Part shown: positions 8,188 to 16,859 of the stretch, piece by piece | Numbering within the stretch: position 1 is the first letter of the stretch | Layout of the letters: every line of letters begins with the position of its first letter | From: Bdellovibrionales bacterium | Lineage (GTDB): Bacteria > Bdellovibrionota > Bdellovibrionia > Bdellovibrionales > UBA1609 | NCBI GenBank assembly: GCA_050246815.1 | Contig: JBFWVI010000042.1 | Coordinates: 1-25,165, forward strand | DNA length: 25,165 bases | Direction of reading: 5' to 3' | Position numbers and translations under genes: made by a program | Notes under the pieces: model-generated | Databases searched by the model: none | What the model saw: only the letters and a program-made list of their open reading frames with translations | What the model was told of the DNA's origin: nothing

Positions 8188-8240
8188 GCTAATATACAGC
8201 TGATCGGAACAGCTCAGCTGTACGGGGGGAGTCAGTCTGC

Positions 8241-9248
8241 ATGCTACACAACCAAGGTGGACAGTACCGTTCAAAAATTTCCGGCACAGGCTCTTACTTG
8301 CCAGAAAAGCGCTTAAGCAACGAAGACCTGGAAAAATTGGTTGACACCAATGACCAGTGGATTCGTGAACGCACCGGCATTCGCTGGCGCCACATCGCGG
8401 CTCCTGGTGAATTCACCAGTGACCTGGCGCTTAATGCCAGTCGGCGCGCACTTGAGGCCGCCAATATGACCGCTCAAGATATCGAAATGATTTTGTTTGC
8501 CACTGTTTCTCCCGATCAAGTGATGCCCAATACCGCCTGTGTTTTGCAGCACAAGCTTGGCGCAAAAGACATCATGGCTGTCGACGTTTCTGCCGCCTGC
8601 TCGGGTTTTGTCTATGGTTTAACCATTGCCGATCAATTTATTCGTACTGGCCGCTACAAACACATCCTGGTGGTCGGCGCCGAAGTGTTACATAAGTATG
8701 TTAATTACAAAGACCGCGACACTTGCATTCTATTCGGAGACGCCGCCGGCGCTGCCGTTTTAAGCCGTGCTGAGGCTGGCGAAAAATCGCAAATTTACAG
8801 CTCTCACTTACACGCCGATGGCGCGATCTCAGATCTCTTCGTCTTACCTGCCGGAGGCTCGGCCATGCCCTTCAGCCAAGAAGTGCTCGACAATGACTTG
8901 CAATACGTGCGCATGAAGGGGCGCGAAATTTTCAAACATGCGATCCGCACCATGGCCCAATCTTGCAGTGAAGCCCTTGAAGCCAACAAAATGTCAGCCG
9001 ACGAAGTTTCATGGGTGATCCCCCACCAGGCCAACATCAGGATTATCGAGGGAGTAGCCAAACACTTTGGCATCCCCATGGAAAAAGTGGTGGTGGAAAT
9101 TGAGGACATGGGCAACACCTCGGCTGCCACCGTGCCCGTGGCCTTTGACAAGGCTATTCGTGACGGCCGTATTCAACGCGGCCAAAATATTTTACTGACC
9201 GCTTTCGGTGCCGGTATCACCAGCGGCACCGTCTTATTGAGGTATTAA
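8241..9248 (+). CDS. fabH: Beta-ketoacyl-ACP synthase III
   Basis: GTGSYLP, WIRERTGI, catalytic triad AAC / PHQAN / GNTSAA. Confidence 0.97.
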   Translation: MLHNQGGQYRSKISGTGSYLPEKRLSNEDLEKLVDTNDQWIRERTGIRWRHIAAPGEFTSDLALNASRRALEAANMTAQDIEMILFATVSPDQVMPNTACVLQHKLGAKDIMAVDVSAACSGFVYGLTIADQFIRTGRYKHILVVGAEVLHKYVNYKDRDTCILFGDAAGAAVLSRAEAGEKSQIYSSHLHADGAISDLFVLPAGGSAMPFSQEVLDNDLQYVRMKGREIFKHAIRTMAQSCSEALEANKMSADEVSWVIPHQANIRIIEGVAKHFGIPMEKVVVEIEDMGNTSAATVPVAFDKAIRDGRIQRGQNILLTAFGAGITSGTVLLRY

Positions 9249-10234
9249 TGATGATCGCTTTACTTTACCCAGGCCAAGGTAGCCAACACACTGGAATGGG
9301 AAAATTCCTATGCGACAATTTCAAGCTCGCCAATCACATTTTTGAAGAGGCCAGCGATGCGATCAAGGTGGATCTAAAAAAATTATGTTTCGATGCGCCA
9401 GAGTCCGAGCTCACTTTAACTCAAAATTCACAACCTGCTTTGTTAACTGTCTCCACCGCAACAAGCCGGGTACTAAATAGCTTGGTTCCTATAAAACCTA
9501 TCGCGGCGGCGGGCCACTCGGCCGGTGAATACGCGGCGGCCGTCAATGCCGAAGCACTGGAGTTCACTGCAGCGGTTCGTGCGGTGCGAATTCGCGGCGA
9601 AGCGATGCAAGAAGCTGTGCCCGCAGGTGTAGGTGGTATGGCGGCCATCATGGGCATGACATCTGAACATGTCGAGGCCATCTGCGATTGGGTGAACAAA
9701 ACAAGTGGCGCTGGTCCTTTAGAACCGGCCAACTACAATGCCCCAGGCCAAATTGTGATCAGCGGCACGAAAGCCGCAATCACGTGGCTGCAACAAAACT
9801 ATGCCCCAAACAAAGTGCCAGGCGTATCAGGCCGTCTGAAATTGATCCCACTGAAGGTCTCGGCTCCTTTTCACTGTTCGATGATGAAACCTGCCGAACT
9901 GCGAATGGCTGAAGTCTTAAAGCAGATGACTTTCCGCGACGCACGCCACCCGATCGTGCAAAATGTCACGGCTGAGCCTGTCACTGAAGCAGAGTTGCTG
10001 CGCCAAAACCTGATCAAACAAATCGCCTCGCCCGTGCGTTGGAACGAATGCGTGGAACGCTTGCGCGCCATGGGCGTGGATACCTTTATTGAAGCCGGCT
10101 GCGGTCGCGTGCTTTCTGGGCTGACAAAAAAAATTGACTCGAACGTCTTGAACACTTTCAATATCAACTCGAAAGAAGAACTGCTCGCTTTTGAAACAGC
10201 ATTTAATAACGACAGCTCTGTGCCAAGGAATTAA
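9248..10234 (+). CDS. fabD: Malonyl-CoA:ACP transacylase
   Basis: PGQGSQ, GHSxGEY, ANYNAPGQIVISG, VSAPFH. Confidence 0.97.
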   Translation: MMIALLYPGQGSQHTGMGKFLCDNFKLANHIFEEASDAIKVDLKKLCFDAPESELTLTQNSQPALLTVSTATSRVLNSLVPIKPIAAAGHSAGEYAAAVNAEALEFTAAVRAVRIRGEAMQEAVPAGVGGMAAIMGMTSEHVEAICDWVNKTSGAGPLEPANYNAPGQIVISGTKAAITWLQQNYAPNKVPGVSGRLKLIPLKVSAPFHCSMMKPAELRMAEVLKQMTFRDARHPIVQNVTAEPVTEAELLRQNLIKQIASPVRWNECVERLRAMGVDTFIEAGCGRVLSGLTKKIDSNVLNTFNINSKEELLAFETAFNNDSSVPRN

Positions 10235-10236
10235 CT

Positions 10237-10986
10237 TTGAGTCAAAGTGGACGTTTGCAGGGAAAACTCATACTGGTGACTGGCGCAAGTCGGGGCATTG
10301 GAGCTGGAATTGCCCAAACCCTTGCCCAACAAGGCGCGCGTGTAGCCCTGACTTACAGTTCCAATCGTGAATCTGCGGAAAAGGTATGTCAAAACCTACC
10401 GGGCGCTGGTCATATCTGTATTTCAATGAACGTAAGCGACTCCTCTTCAGTACAGCAGGCCTTCGATGAAGTTTTAAAGCAGTTTGATCGGTTAGATGGT
10501 TTGGTCAACAATGCAGGTATCACCAAAGACCAACTGATTCTGCGCATGAAAGACGAAGACTTCGACAACGTCATTCAAACCAATTTGCGCGGCACCTATC
10601 TGTGCTCCAAATTGGCCGTCAAATCGATGATAAAAGCCCGCTCAGGCAGCATTGTAAATGTCTCAAGCGTCGTTGCGAAAATGGCCAGCCCGGGCCAAAC
10701 CAACTACTCAGCCAGTAAGGCTGGCATCGAGGGTTTCACTCGCTCCTTGGCCTTTGAAGTGGCATCGCGACATATTCGAGTCAATGCGGTCGCCCCTGGT
10801 TTTATCGTCACCGAAATGACAAGCGTCTTAGACGCAAGGCAGCAAGAGGCCATTGCCTCACGAATTCCGATGGGAAAGTTGGGTGCTGTGCAAGATGTGG
10901 CCGCCGCCGTGACATATTTACTCAGCGATGAATCCACCTACGTGACTGGCCACGTGTTGGCCGTCAACGGTGGGCTATACATGTGA
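10237..10986 (+). CDS. fabG: 3-oxoacyl-ACP reductase
   Basis: TGASRGIG, NNAGITKD, YSASK. TTG start. Confidence 0.97.
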   Translation: MSQSGRLQGKLILVTGASRGIGAGIAQTLAQQGARVALTYSSNRESAEKVCQNLPGAGHICISMNVSDSSSVQQAFDEVLKQFDRLDGLVNNAGITKDQLILRMKDEDFDNVIQTNLRGTYLCSKLAVKSMIKARSGSIVNVSSVVAKMASPGQTNYSASKAGIEGFTRSLAFEVASRHIRVNAVAPGFIVTEMTSVLDARQQEAIASRIPMGKLGAVQDVAAAVTYLLSDESTYVTGHVLAVNGGLYM

Positions 10987-11027
10987 TGATTGTTAGATTA
11001 TAGAAAAGATTATTTTGGAGGATAGCA

Positions 11028-11264
11028 ATGGCAGTGCAAGGTAAAGTAATTAAGATCATTGAAGAGCAGTTGGGCGTTGATCCGGATCGTGTAAAGCCTG
11101 AAGCCTCGTTTATTGATGACTTGGGAGCTGACAGCTTGGACATCGTCGAGTTGGTGATGGCGATGGAAGAAGAGTTCGACATCGAAATTCCCGATGAAGA
11201 CGCAGAGAAGCTGCGCACCGTCCAAGATGTGCTCAAGTACTTGGAAGGCAAAGGCAAAGCCTAG
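11028..11264 (+). CDS. acpP: Acyl carrier protein
   Basis: [27 protein letters not shown]. Confidence 0.98.
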   Translation: MAVQGKVIKIIEEQLGVDPDRVKPEASFIDDLGADSLDIVELVMAMEEEFDIEIPDEDAEKLRTVQDVLKYLEGKGKA

Positions 11265-11350
11265 TCTTGGTTTTTAAGGTTACAGTTGCCGAGGGGGCAA
11301 AAGTAACGCGCTCGCCGTTTTAATGAGTGCCCCTCATTGAGGTTGAGAGC

Positions 11351-12622
11351 ATGACCACAGCAAATATCTTCACCCGCCCACAAATCACCCAACGTCGCGT
11401 GGTCGTCACTGGTATGGCCACGATGAATGCGGTTGGATCAAGCTTGGGTGCGAGTTGGGATGGCCTAGTCGCAGGACGGTCGGGTATCGCCCCCATCACT
11501 CTTTTTGATGCTTCCGCCTATGACACTAAATTCGCAGGAGAAGTGAAGGGCTTCGACCCTGATCCCTATGTAAACAAAAAAGATCAAAAGAAAATGGACC
11601 GCTTTATCCACTTCGCCATGGCCACCACCAAAGAGGCTTTGCTGGATGCGGGCTTGGAATGGCCTGACGATCGAGCGCAAAGAGTCGGCACAATCATTGG
11701 TGTTGGCATCGGTGGCCTACCTATTATCGAAAAAACCGTGGAAACAATTTTATCACGGGGACCCTCGCGAATCTCACCCTTCTTTATTCCCGCTGTCATA
11801 AGCAATCTGGCCTCTGGTCAAGTGAGCATGGCCTTTAACGCGAAGGGCGCCAATTATTGCGTGACCTCGGCATGCGCTTCGGGGGCCCATTCAATTGGCG
11901 AAGCTGCTCGTCATATCCGCGACGGCGTTGCTGATGTGATGATAGCCGGCGGCTCGGAAGCCGTCGTTTGCCCTTCGGCAATCGGTGGTTTCGGTGCAAT
12001 GAAGGCTTTGTCCACCCGCAATGACAACCCGGCGGCGGCTTCACGCCCCTGGGATCGCGACCGCGATGGCTTCGTCTTAGGCGAAGGTTGCGGGATGTTG
12101 ATTTTAGAAGATTACGAACATGCCAGCAAACGTGGTGCCCGAATTTATGCAGAAGTTACAGGCTACGGCATGTCGTCTGATGCTTACCATATGACTTCAC
12201 CATCACCTGGGGGCCAGGGCGCCGCTTTGGCCATGGGTTTAGCCCTAAAAGATGCCCGCTTAAACGCAGAACAGGTCGGCTACATTAACGCTCATGGGAC
12301 CAGTACCCCAGTTGGTGATGAGATTGAAACAGAAGCCATCAAGCGGGTTTTTGGTGATCATGCGAAAAAACTGATGGTCAGCTCCACCAAAAGCATGACC
12401 GGTCACACACTAGGGGCTGCCGGTGCTATTGAAAGTGTGTTTTCTATTATGGCTCTTCACAAGGGCGTTATCCCCCCAACCATTAATTTGACTCATCCTT
12501 CGCCAGATTGTGATTTGGATTACGTGCCTGTCACCGCGCGCGAACGCAAAGTGGACCATGTCTTGAACAACAGTTTTGGCTTTGGTGGAACCAATGCCTC
12601 GCTGATTTTTTCGAAGGTGTAG
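11351..12622 (+). CDS. fabF: Beta-ketoacyl-ACP synthase II
   Basis: RRVVVTG, SACASG, NAHGTST, GHTLGAAG, NSFGFGG. ATG 11351 preferred over GTG 11327. Confidence 0.96.
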   Translation: MTTANIFTRPQITQRRVVVTGMATMNAVGSSLGASWDGLVAGRSGIAPITLFDASAYDTKFAGEVKGFDPDPYVNKKDQKKMDRFIHFAMATTKEALLDAGLEWPDDRAQRVGTIIGVGIGGLPIIEKTVETILSRGPSRISPFFIPAVISNLASGQVSMAFNAKGANYCVTSACASGAHSIGEAARHIRDGVADVMIAGGSEAVVCPSAIGGFGAMKALSTRNDNPAAASRPWDRDRDGFVLGEGCGMLILEDYEHASKRGARIYAEVTGYGMSSDAYHMTSPSPGGQGAALAMGLALKDARLNAEQVGYINAHGTSTPVGDEIETEAIKRVFGDHAKKLMVSSTKSMTGHTLGAAGAIESVFSIMALHKGVIPPTINLTHPSPDCDLDYVPVTARERKVDHVLNNSFGFGGTNASLIFSKV

Positions 12623-12627
12623 CAAGA

Positions 12628-13080
12628 ATGGTTTTTTTGGATCATCTTAAAACTTTGGTTGTAGGTTCAGACCACGCTGGCTTTGAGTTGAAGCAACACT
12701 TAAAGAAGAGCCTACCTCAATTGCCTTGGCAAGATGAGGGCACTTTTAATACAGAATCCGTGGATTACCCCGACTTTGCGGACAAAGTTTGTGCGCTAGT
12801 GAATCCTCCGATGGTGGCTGGTGTTCTAATCTGTGGCTCCGGTCAAGGCATGGCCATTCGAGCCAACCGCCATAAACATATTCGCGCCGCACTTTGCTGG
12901 CACGAAGAGATCGCGCGCCTTGCGCGAGCCCACAACGACGCCAATGTGCTGTGCCTGGGTGCTCGTACGATGGACTACAAAGTCTGCGTGCAGGTCTTGA
13001 ACACTTTTTTAACAACTGGCTTTGAGGGCGGCCGCCACGCGGGCCGCGTCGACAAGCTCTCCGTTTCACCTCGTCAGTAG
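12628..13080 (+). CDS. rpiB: Ribose-5-phosphate isomerase B
   Basis: GSDHAG, SVDYPD, ICGSGQG, HNDANVL, FEGGRH. Confidence 0.96.
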   Translation: MVFLDHLKTLVVGSDHAGFELKQHLKKSLPQLPWQDEGTFNTESVDYPDFADKVCALVNPPMVAGVLICGSGQGMAIRANRHKHIRAALCWHEEIARLARAHNDANVLCLGARTMDYKVCVQVLNTFLTTGFEGGRHAGRVDKLSVSPRQ

Positions 13081-13133
13081 ACACCACGAACTTCACGCTT
13101 TAAAATGCCGCATTCTTTTTCGAGGAGTCTCGA

Positions 13134-14366
13134 ATGCTTCAAACCACGGATCCTGAACTCTACGGCTACATTCAAAAAGAAACCGAAAGGCAAGAGTACG
13201 GACTTGAGATGATTGCTTCGGAAAACTATGTCTCAAGAGCGGTGATGGAGGCCCAAGGCTCGGTTTTAACCAACAAGTACGCCGAAGGTTATCCAGGCAA
13301 GCGCTATTACGGGGGCTGTGAATTCGTCGATCAAGCCGAACAACTGGCCATCGACCGCGCCAAAAAACTTTTTGGCTGCGAACACGTCAATGTGCAGCCC
13401 CACTCAGGATCACAAGCCAATATGGCCGTGTACCTGGCCTGCATGAAGCCGGGCGATACGGTGTTGGGCATGGATCTTTCGCACGGCGGGCACTTGACCC
13501 ATGGCTCCCCCGTCAACTTCAGCGGATTTTTGTTTCAGGCCGTTCACTACGGTCTGGATCCCAAAACCGGAATGCTCAATTATGATTTGATCCGTGACCA
13601 AGCCATAAAGCATAAACCAAAGCTCTTGATCGCGGGCTACAGCGCCTACCCGCGCGAACTCGACTTCGCCAAGTTTCGCGAAATTGCCGATGAAATCGAA
13701 GCACCACTTTTGGTCGATATGGCTCACTTTGCAGGCCTTGTGGCAGCCGGCGTGCACCCTTCACCCATTCCTTATGCGGACTATGTGACCTCCACAACAC
13801 ACAAAACATTACGGGGGCCCCGCGGTGGTTTGATTTTATGCCGTGAGACCAACGGCAAAACCATAAATTCGAAGATTTTCCCTGGGATCCAAGGTGGTCC
13901 GCTGGAGCACGTGATTGCAGCCAAAGCCGTGGCCTTTGGAGAAGCCTTAAAGCCTGAATTTAGAACCTACGCCAAACAAATAGTGGCCAACGCCAAAGCT
14001 TTGGCAAAGGTCTTGTTGCAAGACGGAGTTAAATTGGTCACCGACGGCACCGACAACCACCTGCTTTTGGTGGATTTGTCAGATCGTGAAGTGACTGGCA
14101 AAGATGCCGAGATTGCTTTGGATCACGCCGGTATAACGGTAAACAAAAATACGGTGCCCAATGAAAAGCGTTCGCCCTTTGTGACTTCCGGCGTGCGCAT
14201 TGGCACCCCAGCACTGACGACTCGAGGCATGAAGGAATCTGAGATGAACCAGATCGGAAAGTGGATTGTCCAAGTGCTCAACCACCATCAAGATGAAGGT
14301 CTGCTGAAAAAAATTCATGGTGAAGTTCGCGAAATGTGTCAAAAATTTCCCATTTATCGTCTCTAG
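13134..14366 (+). CDS. glyA: Serine hydroxymethyltransferase
   Basis: [33 protein letters not shown] (PLP Lys). Confidence 0.98.
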   Translation: MLQTTDPELYGYIQKETERQEYGLEMIASENYVSRAVMEAQGSVLTNKYAEGYPGKRYYGGCEFVDQAEQLAIDRAKKLFGCEHVNVQPHSGSQANMAVYLACMKPGDTVLGMDLSHGGHLTHGSPVNFSGFLFQAVHYGLDPKTGMLNYDLIRDQAIKHKPKLLIAGYSAYPRELDFAKFREIADEIEAPLLVDMAHFAGLVAAGVHPSPIPYADYVTSTTHKTLRGPRGGLILCRETNGKTINSKIFPGIQGGPLEHVIAAKAVAFGEALKPEFRTYAKQIVANAKALAKVLLQDGVKLVTDGTDNHLLLVDLSDREVTGKDAEIALDHAGITVNKNTVPNEKRSPFVTSGVRIGTPALTTRGMKESEMNQIGKWIVQVLNHHQDEGLLKKIHGEVREMCQKFPIYRL

Positions 14367-14389
14367 ACGATTCGCGTCATAAGCTTAAC

Positions 14390-14417
14390 TTCACTCTATT
14401 CAGAAGAATCGTATAAT
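14390..14417 (+). promoter_or_regulatory. Putative sigma70 promoter for the M23 gene (likely leaderless)
   Basis: TTCACT-N16-TATAAT, then 7 nt to the ATG. No SD. Confidence 0.55.
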
Positions 14418-14424
14418 AAAGCGA

Positions 14425-15084
14425 ATGCGTTCATTTGCCATTTTGACCTGCCTCGTCATAGGGGTTGGTTGTAGTCATTTTTCTGGCCCAAGCCAGCTGC
14501 AAAGCAGCCAAGGGACCTATCGTGGCCCCGGACCATTTAAAGGGCCCGGTGAAATGCAGTCTGGCCAAGAAGACCCTCGTGACCACGAAGAAGCCCCTTC
14601 AGCCTATATTCCCTCCGAACGCGGCAGTTCAAAAGGCTATGCACCCAAGGCCGCCTTTAACCTGAATTGGCCCTTGAACTACGTCAAAATCAACCAGCAC
14701 TTCAAACCTAAAAAGAAGCGCCGGCCCCACTTGGGCGTCGACTTTGCTGGCACCAAGGGAACCGCCATCTTTTCTTCCCATGAAGGCCTGGTGATCTATG
14801 CTGGCCGTGCATTTAAGGGCTTTGGCAAAATGGTCATTGTCGAATACGACGATCAGTGGGCAACTCTTTACGCTCACCTTGACAAAATCACGGTGCGCAC
14901 TGGCCAAATTGTGGAGCAGGGGCAGACCTTAGGTAAAATGGGTCGAACCGGGCGGGCCACAGGTGTGCACCTGCACTTCGAGCTGTTGCATAACCAACGC
15001 CCTGTTGACCCAATCCCGTTGCTGAACGAAGTGCAGCGTTTGGTCGATCGCGAAGAACGAAAACGTTCCCCAACAAGCCTTTAG
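14425..15084 (+). CDS. M23 family metallopeptidase lipoprotein
   Basis: Lipobox-like GVGC. HLGVD, YAHL and HLHFE zinc motifs intact. Confidence 0.92.
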   Translation: MRSFAILTCLVIGVGCSHFSGPSQLQSSQGTYRGPGPFKGPGEMQSGQEDPRDHEEAPSAYIPSERGSSKGYAPKAAFNLNWPLNYVKINQHFKPKKKRRPHLGVDFAGTKGTAIFSSHEGLVIYAGRAFKGFGKMVIVEYDDQWATLYAHLDKITVRTGQIVEQGQTLGKMGRTGRATGVHLHFELLHNQRPVDPIPLLNEVQRLVDREERKRSPTSL

Positions 15085-15111
15085 AATGTTTTTATGATTT
15101 ATTACTTGTTG

Positions 15112-15546
15112 TTAGAGTGCCGGCATCAGGATGATCCAATCACGGATCGCATCCATTTCGGCTGGCGCCGCAGTCGTTAAATTAGGACCGCCTTCTGGCA
15201 TGGCTCCAGAAAGTAAGGATTGGTACAGAATCGAGTTCATTGGATCACCACGACGCACATAGATCTGTGCCTGTTTTAATTCGTAAACTAAGTTCAAGTA
15301 AGGTTCATTGGAGCCCACAACCAAGGAGCTGTGGCAACCAACGCACCGATTGCTAAAAACGGTGGCCACATCATCTTCCAAAGCTTGGTAGCTGGCGGCA
15401 TCAAAGGTGTCGAGCTTACTGGTCAGGGTACTTTCAAAGGGCGCGCAGTTTTGAAACAGGCCTAGCAGAAGCGTTAAGCCCGCAATGCTCAATGCGCTCT
15501 CAATGCGCACGGTTCTCATTTGTTTCAAAGCAGAACGCAACGCCAT
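15112..15546 (-). CDS. Monoheme c-type cytochrome lipoprotein
   Basis: LFQNC lipobox, CVGCH heme motif (15331-15345), candidate distal Met in GAMP, C-terminal IRDWI. Confidence 0.8.
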   Translation of the reverse strand: MALRSALKQMRTVRIESALSIAGLTLLLGLFQNCAPFESTLTSKLDTFDAASYQALEDDVATVFSNRCVGCHSSLVVGSNEPYLNLVYELKQAQIYVRRGDPMNSILYQSLLSGAMPEGGPNLTTAAPAEMDAIRDWIILMPAL

Positions 15547-15567
15547 TGCTCCCCCATGAGTACAGAG

Positions 15568-15584
15568 AGCAAATTAAGGGCCCG
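15568..15584 (-). promoter_or_regulatory. Putative sigma54 promoter for the cytochrome c gene
   Basis: Minus strand CGGGCCCTTAATTTGCT = GG-N10-GC, followed by a GGGGGAG SD and ATG 15546. Confidence 0.5.
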
Positions 15585-15692
15585 CTCAGGTGTAATGCAG
15601 ACGGCTAAATTTTTAGGAAAATGGCGACAGGTACGACATCCATCAAGCACTTGACGATGCGCTTATAATTCACGTCCCAAAATGAGATCTAT

Positions 15693-16859
15693 TTAAAGCC
15701 CGCGGCGTGTGAATTCAGCGTTGATCCGGTCGTTGAATCGCCCCTCAAGCAGATCCCGATCCAAATCTAGAATTTTTTGCTTGGCTGTTGAAAATGTGTC
15801 GCTGGCATTGAGGCGGCTTAAATGTTGAAGATACAGAAAATCCAACGCATAAGCATCGGCTTCGACCTGCCCCCTTAATTGCCACCAGATCGATGCATAA
15901 ACGTTACCCAAGATGTTGGCATCACCCACCCGAGTCACGCAAAGCTGATGAGCGGCTGCCACTGTTTGATTGGCCACATTTCTTAAGTCGCGATCTGCAA
16001 CCGCACAAAGGCGGGCCCCGGCCACCCGGTTGGCGTCCAATTCACCCACCGCGGGTTGATTTGGAAAAACCACGGCCGCAAAATAAAGTGCCGCCCCGGC
16101 CGCTAAAGCTCTGGCGCAACCAGAACTTGAGGCGCAACAACCCTTGGCATCTAATCCGCAAGCTCTATGGTTTGTATCGTTGGCCGCGATATTATTCAGC
16201 GCTCCTCCGCTGGCGAGGTGAGCATTAGCCAAGCCCAACAAATAAATCGGCACTGATGCATCAAAACTCGCGGGAAGTTGATCCGCTTCGCGGCGCAAAT
16301 GAATAGCTCGGCTGGCAGGATGAAAGCCATTGGCTCTTTCGTCCACCACCACGTTGATATTTTGCCCGCGCACAGCCAAAGGGCCTCGTGGAATCATGTA
16401 TTCAATCGCGCGATTCATGTAATAGTAGGTCATCAATTGCTCAAGATCACTAGTCGCAGCAGCGGTGGCCAGGGGCTTTTTATTTCCAGAAAGGGCCAGC
16501 CTCGTCGTACGCGAAGTCGTGATCCGAAAGTGGGCGTTTTCTAAAAAACCAGACGCATTTAAGCCTGTCAGCCTTACACCGTAGGTTTGCATGGAGGCGA
16601 CAGCGGCACGAGTGCTGGCGGCTAAAGCGCTATTTTGCTGAGCCACGGGACTTTTACGAAATAAACATGTGTCGAATTGATCCGACGTCATGCAAGCAGC
16701 ATCGATTCGATCAGAGGCCGGAACTAAAGCCACCGCATCATCTGGGGCGTAAGAGCCACCACCTGCGGAAGACGATGCTCCCCCCAGTGACTTGGCTTTA
16801 AAACCATCTGAGCAGGCGCCTAATAAGAGTGGTAAAGCCAGCAGTAAAATCAGGCGCAT
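15693..16859 (-). CDS. Cys-rich lipoprotein resembling M4/M36 (thermolysin/fungalysin) metalloproteases but lacking catalytic residues
   Basis: Lipobox LGAC. Scaffold motifs QLMTYYY.NR, D..V.I, VGE, RDL, G.VYASIWWQLR, TF..A...ILDLD, F..RGL are present. The HExxH position reads YLLGL. Confidence 0.7.
   Translation of the reverse strand: MRLILLLALPLLLGACSDGFKAKSLGGASSSAGGGSYAPDDAVALVPASDRIDAACMTSDQFDTCLFRKSPVAQQNSALAASTRAAVASMQTYGVRLTGLNASGFLENAHFRITTSRTTRLALSGNKKPLATAAATSDLEQLMTYYYMNRAIEYMIPRGPLAVRGQNINVVVDERANGFHPASRAIHLRREADQLPASFDASVPIYLLGLANAHLASGGALNNIAANDTNHRACGLDAKGCCASSSGCARALAAGAALYFAAVVFPNQPAVGELDANRVAGARLCAVADRDLRNVANQTVAAAHQLCVTRVGDANILGNVYASIWWQLRGQVEADAYALDFLYLQHLSRLNASDTFSTAKQKILDLDRDLLEGRFNDRINAEFTRRGL

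Noticed and set aside
8071..8274. 67-aa minus-strand ORF
   Set aside because: It is antisense to rpmF and the fabH start.
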